NCBI GenBank assembly: GCA_963716395.1
Contig: OY970309.1
Location: 3,520,001 to 3,584,000 of the forward strand
DNA length: 64,000 nt
Origin: an uncultured Fibrobacteria bacterium
Lineage (GTDB): Bacteria; Fibrobacterota; Fibrobacteria; UBA11236
Reading direction: 5' to 3'
Shown: one piece after another, positions 58,369 through 64,000 of the stretch
Layout of the letters: the number at the start of each line of letters is the position of its first letter
How positions within the stretch are numbered: position 1 is the stretch's first letter
The notes under the pieces: generated by a model
What the model was told of the DNA's origin: nothing
Seen by the model: the letters and a program-made list of their open reading frames with translations, nothing else
Databases searched by the model: none
Program-made: the position numbers and the translations under genes

Positions 58369-59598
58369 ATGTCGACAAGACTTCGCTTTGCAGTGGTGGG
58401 ATTGGGGCAATGCGGCGGCAATCTGGCCAACACCTTCGCCCGCTACGGCTACCCTGCGGTGGCCGTGAACACGTCCATTCTCGACCTCAAGGATTTGCAA
58501 AACATTCCCGACGCCCAGAAAATCCACATTCCCCCCACCGAGAGCGACGGCGCCGGCAAAGACCCGCGCATCGGCGAACAGGCCATTCAGCAACATTTGG
58601 CCACCATCATGCAAGCCCTGCAGCCGCTCGTGCGGAATTGTGATGCCATCTTGCTGGCTGCGGGGTTGGGCGGCGGCACGGGAAGCAATGTGGCCTTGCT
58701 CGGCAAATTGTTGCGGCGCTTCGAAATTCCCATCGTGGCCCTGACGACCATCCCCACCGACAATGAATCGGCCTTGGCCAAGATCAACGCGTTGCGGGCC
58801 GTGAACCAAATCGTGGCCGAAGATCTCGACTCGTGCGTTCTCATCGACAACTCGAAAATCCTGCAGGTGTTTCCGGAAAGCAGCCTGGCGGCTTTTTATC
58901 CCCAGGCCAATGAATACGTGGTGAAAAGCTTCGTCAACTTCAACTCCATGTTCCAGGAATTCGCCAGCCGCAGCCTGATCAGCTTCGACAACGAAGATTT
59001 CCGCAAGGTGCTGCTTTCCAAGGGCATTCTCATTTTCGGCGAAACCGAATTGCGTGCCGAGGAGATCCGCACCCTCGACGAACTGCTGCCCCAGCTCAAA
59101 ACGATTTGGGAAACCAGCGGGCTCATGGCCGAAGGGTTCAACTACACCTCCGCCGCCTCCGGAGCGGTTTGCATTTTCGCCCCGCCCGAAGTCTTGCAGC
59201 GCACGTCGAGCCGTTTCCTCAACATGCTGGGAGAAGAGTTCAAAACCCTGACCAACGGCGCCACCTGTTATTTCGGGATTTACGAGCACAACAATCCGGC
59301 CGTGGTCAAGGTGGCCACCATGTTGGGCCGTTTGACCATTCCGGTGCGGTTGCAGGAATTGCTGGCCGAAGCGTCGACCGAAGGCCGCAATCTCAACCGC
59401 AAGATCCAGCAGGAGCTTCCCACGCTCGACATCTCCGTGCTGGACGGCATGGAATTGTTCGCCTCGGCGCCACCGCGCGGCACGGACACCGCGGTGTTGG
59501 CCCAAAACAACGCGGCGGAAGGCGGTCCGCTGGATCAGAAGCCGGCCTACGCGCCGGAAGAATACGTGCGCCTGAAAAGAAACCGCGGCCGCGGTTGA
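58369..59598 (+). CDS. Divergent FtsZ/tubulin-family GTPase
   Basis: GLGQCGGN, VNTS..DL, DGAGKDP, signature GLGGGTGS, IDN, T7-like SFDNEDFRKV; AAGGGAG RBS. Confidence 0.88.
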   Translation: MSTRLRFAVVGLGQCGGNLANTFARYGYPAVAVNTSILDLKDLQNIPDAQKIHIPPTESDGAGKDPRIGEQAIQQHLATIMQALQPLVRNCDAILLAAGLGGGTGSNVALLGKLLRRFEIPIVALTTIPTDNESALAKINALRAVNQIVAEDLDSCVLIDNSKILQVFPESSLAAFYPQANEYVVKSFVNFNSMFQEFASRSLISFDNEDFRKVLLSKGILIFGETELRAEEIRTLDELLPQLKTIWETSGLMAEGFNYTSAASGAVCIFAPPEVLQRTSSRFLNMLGEEFKTLTNGATCYFGIYEHNNPAVVKVATMLGRLTIPVRLQELLAEASTEGRNLNRKIQQELPTLDISVLDGMELFASAPPRGTDTAVLAQNNAAEGGPLDQKPAYAPEEYVRLKRNRGRG

Positions 59599-59616
59599 TC
59601 GCCTAGCCCGTCCCGA

Positions 59617-59646
59617 TTGTCACCACGGTTCGGGGTGGAGTATAAT
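59617..59646 (+). promoter_or_regulatory. Sigma70-type promoter
   Basis: TTGTCA (59617-59622), 18-bp spacer, TATAAT (59641-59646). Confidence 0.7.
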
Positions 59647-59672
59647 TCGGATTATCCACCGGGGAGGCGCCC

Positions 59673-59867
59673 ATGGTTTTCATCTTGTGCCTGGTCTGTT
59701 TTTTCAGCACCGTGGGCGGCGTATTGGTGGGCCAATCTCTGAAAGGTCTGCTCATTTTCAAAGCCGGATTGGAAAAGGGCCAACGCCAGATGTTCCGCAT
59801 CGGCCTTGGCGCCGTAGCCGTCGCCGTGGTCCTGGCCTTGATCGCCCTGTTTATTCCTTTGCCGTAA
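59673..59867 (+). CDS. Small two-TM membrane protein
   Basis: 64 aa, two hydrophobic helices, GGGGAGG RBS, promoter upstream. Confidence 0.7.
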   Translation: MVFILCLVCFFSTVGGVLVGQSLKGLLIFKAGLEKGQRQMFRIGLGAVAVAVVLALIALFIPLP

Positions 59868-60053
59868 CCACCCGACCGCTTTCCGCTGCGCCGGGCGAAC
59901 GGGCGAAGTGGCCGCTACCGGCCGGTTTGTTCCCGTCTGTGCGCGCGGAGTATCACCGAAGGTTTGTTCCGACAGTTTGACAGCCGACGCGGTTTTTGTG
60001 GTCGGCCCGGGTTGCGCGTTGTACGATTAAGAACATATCTCCATGGAGCCGCT

Positions 60054-61958
60054 ATGAGCACGGAAGCGAAAGAAGGCGAGTTCGAACTCAAAATCGACAC
60101 CAGCAAAATGTCGCAGGAGAAGGCGCAGGCCATGCTGGTGGCCGAGTCGAACCGCGAAATCAAATGGGAAAATCCCAGCTTTGCCGGCAACCTGTTCATG
60201 GGCCGCTTTCTTCCCGAACTCATCACGCCTTATCCCGAACAGTCGGCCGAAGACCGCGCTGTGGGAGACGCGCTGCTGGCGGAACTGGGAACGTTTTTGA
60301 AAGAAAATCTCGATCCCGACGAAGTCGATCGCACCCGCGAAATTCCGAAAAAGGTCTTTGCCGGCTTCACCAAAATGAAATTGTGGGCCATGAAAATTCC
60401 CAAAGAATTCGGCGGCTTGGGTTTGAGCCAGGTGAATTACAACCGCGCCGTTTCCTTGGTGGCCAGCTATTGCGGCTCGACCGCCGTCTGGCTTTCGGCG
60501 CACCAAAGCATCGGCGTGCCACAGCCGCTGAAAATGTTCGGCACACCCGAACAGAAACAGAAATGGCTTCCCCGCTTCGCCGCCGGCGCCATTTCGGCCT
60601 TCGCCCTGACCGAACCCGACGTAGGTTCGGACCCGGCCAAGATGAGCACCTCGGCCACGCCGTCGCCCGACGGCTCGCATTACATCCTGAACGGCATGAA
60701 GCTCTGGTGCACCAACGGTCCCGTGGCCGACATCATGGTGGTCATGGCGCGCACGCCGCCGGTGGTCAAACGCGGCAAGGAGATTCCGCAAATCACCGCC
60801 TTCGTGGTCGAACGCGGCATGCCGGGCATCGAAGTGGTGCACCGCTGCGATTTCATGGGCATTCGCGCCATTCAAAACGGATTGTTGCGCTTCAGCAACG
60901 TGCAGGTGCCGAAAGAGAACATCATTCTCGGTCCGGGCAAGGGTTTGAAACTGGCTTTGACCACCTTGAACACCGGACGCCTGACCCTGCCGGCCGCGGC
61001 CGTAGGCATGGGCAAGCAATGCCTGAACATCGTGCGCAATTGGGGCAACGAGCGCGTGCAATGGGGTTTGCCCATCGGCAAACACGAAGCCATTTCGTAC
61101 AAGCTGGCCTTCATGGCGTCGACCCAATTCGCCATGGAAGCCGTGACCTGGCTCACATCGGCCATGGCCGATCGCGGCGGCTACGACATTCGCATCGAAG
61201 CCGCCATGGCCAAACTCTTCTGCTCCGAAGCCGCGTGGAGGATGATCGACGAGACCATGCAGATCCGCGGCGGCCGCGGCTATGAAACCGCCGAGTCGCT
61301 CAAGGGCCGCGGCGAAAAAGCCGTGCCCGTCGAGCGCATGCTACGCGATTGCCGCATCAACCGCATCATCGAAGGCACCTCGGAAATCATGCATTTGTTC
61401 CTGGCCCGCGAGGCGCTCGACCCGCATATGCAAGTGGCGGCCGAGCTCATGCTCAAGCATTTGCCCATGAACCGGCGCTTGCGGGCCGGAGTCAAGATGG
61501 CCAATTTCTACAGCAAGTGGTATCCGCAGCAATGGCTGAACTCCAGCCTGTTCCACTCGTACGCCGAATTCGGGCCCAAGCTGGCGCGCCACATGAATTA
61601 CGTGGAGCGCACCTGCCATCACCTGGCCCGCAGCATCTTTCATTCCATGGGCATGTATCAGAACACCTTGGAGCGGCGCCAAATGATTTTGGGCCGCTAC
61701 GTGGACGTGGGCACCGAGCTCTTCGCCATGTCGGCGGCTTGCGCGCGCGCCAAAATGCTGAGCGACCGCGATCCCAATAATCCGCATCCGGTGCATCTCG
61801 CCAATTACTTCTGCAAAGAAGCGCGCCGACGCGTCGAAAACCTGTTCGCGGCCCAAAGCGACAACGACGACGTGCAGGCCAACAAAATCGCCAAAAGCCT
61901 GCTCGGCGGCGAACACAAATGGATGGAAGACGGAATTCTGCGCTGCTACGAAGATTGA
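60054..61958 (+). CDS. Acyl-CoA dehydrogenase (ACAD9/VLCAD-like long form)
   Basis: GGLGLSQ, AHQSIG, FALTEPDVGSD, NG.KLWCTNG, QIRGGRGY, RIIEGTSEI. Confidence 0.95.
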   Translation: MSTEAKEGEFELKIDTSKMSQEKAQAMLVAESNREIKWENPSFAGNLFMGRFLPELITPYPEQSAEDRAVGDALLAELGTFLKENLDPDEVDRTREIPKKVFAGFTKMKLWAMKIPKEFGGLGLSQVNYNRAVSLVASYCGSTAVWLSAHQSIGVPQPLKMFGTPEQKQKWLPRFAAGAISAFALTEPDVGSDPAKMSTSATPSPDGSHYILNGMKLWCTNGPVADIMVVMARTPPVVKRGKEIPQITAFVVERGMPGIEVVHRCDFMGIRAIQNGLLRFSNVQVPKENIILGPGKGLKLALTTLNTGRLTLPAAAVGMGKQCLNIVRNWGNERVQWGLPIGKHEAISYKLAFMASTQFAMEAVTWLTSAMADRGGYDIRIEAAMAKLFCSEAAWRMIDETMQIRGGRGYETAESLKGRGEKAVPVERMLRDCRINRIIEGTSEIMHLFLAREALDPHMQVAAELMLKHLPMNRRLRAGVKMANFYSKWYPQQWLNSSLFHSYAEFGPKLARHMNYVERTCHHLARSIFHSMGMYQNTLERRQMILGRYVDVGTELFAMSAACARAKMLSDRDPNNPHPVHLANYFCKEARRRVENLFAAQSDNDDVQANKIAKSLLGGEHKWMEDGILRCYED

Positions 61959-62665
61959 TCGCGGTCGCGCAGCAAATGCTCGGCAGCCGGCTCGTGATCG
62001 AGAAAGACCAATTCCTGCGCCAGCCGGTTCAAGGCCAGCCGGGCCGTATGAAAGGCCTGGCACAAGGTCAGCAGCACCGGCCCCAACCCCAGGCGCCGAG
62101 CCAGAAGATCGTCGCCGGCCAGACGATAGGAAGCGCTGCCCAATTGCTCGTAATACTCCAACCCCGGCGCAGCGCGGTGCGCCGCCTTGCGCAGCAGGTG
62201 GCGCGGATACAATCCGCTCAGGAACAGCGCGTAGTCTCCCAGATGCAGCCGTAAACGAAAGCGCCGCTCTCCCCCGCAGCGATCGGCGGCGTCGAGCAGT
62301 TCGAAGAGGTAATCGTAGGAGCGCGTGGCGTCGCTCCAGGGATTGCGCGTGCGTGTCTGGCTGGTGAATTCGCTGAGGCGCGCCGCGATGTAATCCGCCA
62401 CTTCGGGGTCGTCGATCTCGGCGCGGCGCAAGACATGGCGCACCAGCACGTAGAAATAGAACGGCGCCGAAATCCGCAAACAGCCCCGCAATTCCAACAT
62501 CACGCGGAAGAGGCGAACATCATCGAGCAGGCGATCCAGGCAATCGGGATCGCGCATTAATGCGGAAAGGGAGTTCCGGCTTCCCGCATCCCCCAGGGAT
62601 TGGACCAGGAAATCAAGGTCGGCCGCGGTCAAGCGGCTGCGACAAAAAAGCAACGAAGACGACAT
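61946..62665 (-). CDS. Hypothetical protein
   Basis: 239 aa, GGAGG RBS, motif-like FYFYVLVRH, LGDYALFLSGLYP and YYEQLG...Y. Confidence 0.75.
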   Translation of the reverse strand: MSSSLLFCRSRLTAADLDFLVQSLGDAGSRNSLSALMRDPDCLDRLLDDVRLFRVMLELRGCLRISAPFYFYVLVRHVLRRAEIDDPEVADYIAARLSEFTSQTRTRNPWSDATRSYDYLFELLDAADRCGGERRFRLRLHLGDYALFLSGLYPRHLLRKAAHRAAPGLEYYEQLGSASYRLAGDDLLARRLGLGPVLLTLCQAFHTARLALNRLAQELVFLDHEPAAEHLLRDRDQSS

Positions 62666-62756
62666 GGCGAGCCTCCATTCTTTATTATCGTGTTTTTCCT
62701 TCTGATGCTATAGAAGCTCGGATCAAACTGCGAAAATAGAACGAAATTCCCTGCTT

Positions 62757-64000
62757 TTATCCCGGTCGAATAGCCATGAACGACTCGCGTTTTTGCAAAT
62801 GGAAGATCAATCCGGATATGTCGGCCGGTGTAACACCGTGAATGCGCTGGGCCTGGCCCACGGTCAGCGGACGTCGCTGCTGCAATTTCTGGCGCGCTTC
62901 GAGGGAAAGCGCCTGCGCCTGCCCAAAGTCGAAGGTTGCGGGAATGCGCCATTCCGACAGCTTGCGGCTGCGCTCGATTTCGCGGCGCTGGCGTTCCTGA
63001 AATCCGCGGTAGCGCTCGCCGGCTTCAAAGGCCACCCATTCGGGTTCGCCCCAATCCGGCGGGGCCAAATCGAGGTAGGTCAGCAATTCCGGCCATTTGA
63101 TTTCCGGCCGGCGTAGCAACGACCATACCGGCGTCGATTCGCGAATGCCCCCGCCGCGCGCTGCGAGAAAAGGATTGATCTCGGCGGGCGTCACCTTGCG
63201 CTCCCTCAATTCCGCTTGCTTGGCTTCCCTCCTGGTCCGGCGTTCCGTATAGCGGCGCAACACCGCGTCTGCGATCAAACCCAGCCCGTGGCCTTTTTCC
63301 AGCAGGCGATCTTCGGCATTGTCCTGGCGCAAATGCAGGCGGTATTCGGCGCGCGAAGTGAACATGCGATAGGGTTCGTCGAGTTCAAGGCTGACGAGAT
63401 CGTCGATCAGCACGCCGAGATAAGACTCGGCGCGGGAAAGCAAAAACGGTTCACTCCCCCGCACATGCAGGGCCGCATTGATGCCCGCCATCAGTCCCTG
63501 CGCCGCGGCTTCTTCGTACCCCGAGGTTCCGTTCACCTGCCCGGCAAAATACAGGCCGGGAAAATCGCGGCATTCCAAAGTGGGCTGAAGCTGGGTGGCG
63601 TCGACCGAATCGTATTCCACGGCGTAGCCGTAGCGCAGCACCGCGCAATGCTTCAAGCCGGGAATGGTGCGCAGCGCCTGATCCTGCACCTCTTGCGGCA
63701 GGCTGGAGGAAAAACCGTTGACATAGATGCGGCCGCTGGAAAGCCCTTCGGGTTCCAGAAACAATTGATGCGAATCGCGATCGGCGAAGCGGTTGACCTT
63801 GTCTTCCACCGAAGGGCAGTAGCGCGGCCCCACGCCTTGAATCCGGCCCGTAAACATGGGGCTGCGATCGAATCCGGTGCGCAGCACGGCATGCGTCTCG
63901 GCATTGGTACGCGTGATCCAGCATACGGCCCGGTTTTGCAGCGGGCGTTCGGTGCGGAAGGAAAATGGAAAGGGCGAATCGTCACCGGGTTGCACTTCAA
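62757..64000 (-). CDS. mnmG: tRNA uridine 5-carboxymethylaminomethyl modification enzyme, C-terminal part (gene begins beyond the window)
   Basis: GPRYCPSVEDK, LFLEPEG, AGQVNGTSGYEEAAAQG, EPYRMFTSRAEYRL. Confidence 0.97.
   Translation of the reverse strand, partial: EVQPGDDSPFPFSFRTERPLQNRAVCWITRTNAETHAVLRTGFDRSPMFTGRIQGVGPRYCPSVEDKVNRFADRDSHQLFLEPEGLSSGRIYVNGFSSSLPQEVQDQALRTIPGLKHCAVLRYGYAVEYDSVDATQLQPTLECRDFPGLYFAGQVNGTSGYEEAAAQGLMAGINAALHVRGSEPFLLSRAESYLGVLIDDLVSLELDEPYRMFTSRAEYRLHLRQDNAEDRLLEKGHGLGLIADAVLRRYTERRTRREAKQAELRERKVTPAEINPFLAARGGGIRESTPVWSLLRRPEIKWPELLTYLDLAPPDWGEPEWVAFEAGERYRGFQERQRREIERSRKLSEWRIPATFDFGQAQALSLEARQKLQQRRPLTVGQAQRIHGVTPADISGLIFHLQKRESFMAIRPG

Noticed and set aside
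58369-59598. Canonical ftsZ assignment
   Set aside because: T1 and T7 motifs diverge, there is no FtsA-binding tail and no dcw context

Overview
GC-rich bacterial chromosomal window, mostly housekeeping. The lineage cannot be fixed from sequence alone; the gene content suggests a Gram-negative, possibly Fibrobacterota-like organism (low confidence). It holds about 60 genes: proS (partial), pyc, prc, rlmI-like, metF, a phd/vapC toxin-antitoxin pair set between REP-like repeats, trpS, rnd, tatA-tatC plus a TatB/5-formyl-THF cyclo-ligase fusion, carA, hup, smpB, an amidase, pcm, an envelope glycosylation/MMPL region, a minor-pilin operon, asnS, a nifU-like/sufBCDSU operon, a stand-alone FtsZ/tubulin-like GTPase, an acyl-CoA dehydrogenase and mnmG (partial). 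The best candidate for an undescribed system is a tightly coupled 9-gene operon (24626-32817, minus strand). It appears to build, activate and transfer an unusual nonulosonic/ulosonic acid using a split transketolase, class III aminotransferase, SDR, NeuB-like synthase, KdsC-like phosphatase, SpsF-like cytidylyltransferase, a sialyltransferase-like protein and a lipid hydroxylase/desaturase. Other leads are the divergent tubulin/FtsZ homologue outside any division cluster, the TatB-enzyme fusion, an MMPL transporter lacking both proton-relay aspartates, a structured intergenic RNA candidate, and repeated signs of leaderless transcription. All protein calls come from motif recognition by eye; no database searches were run.
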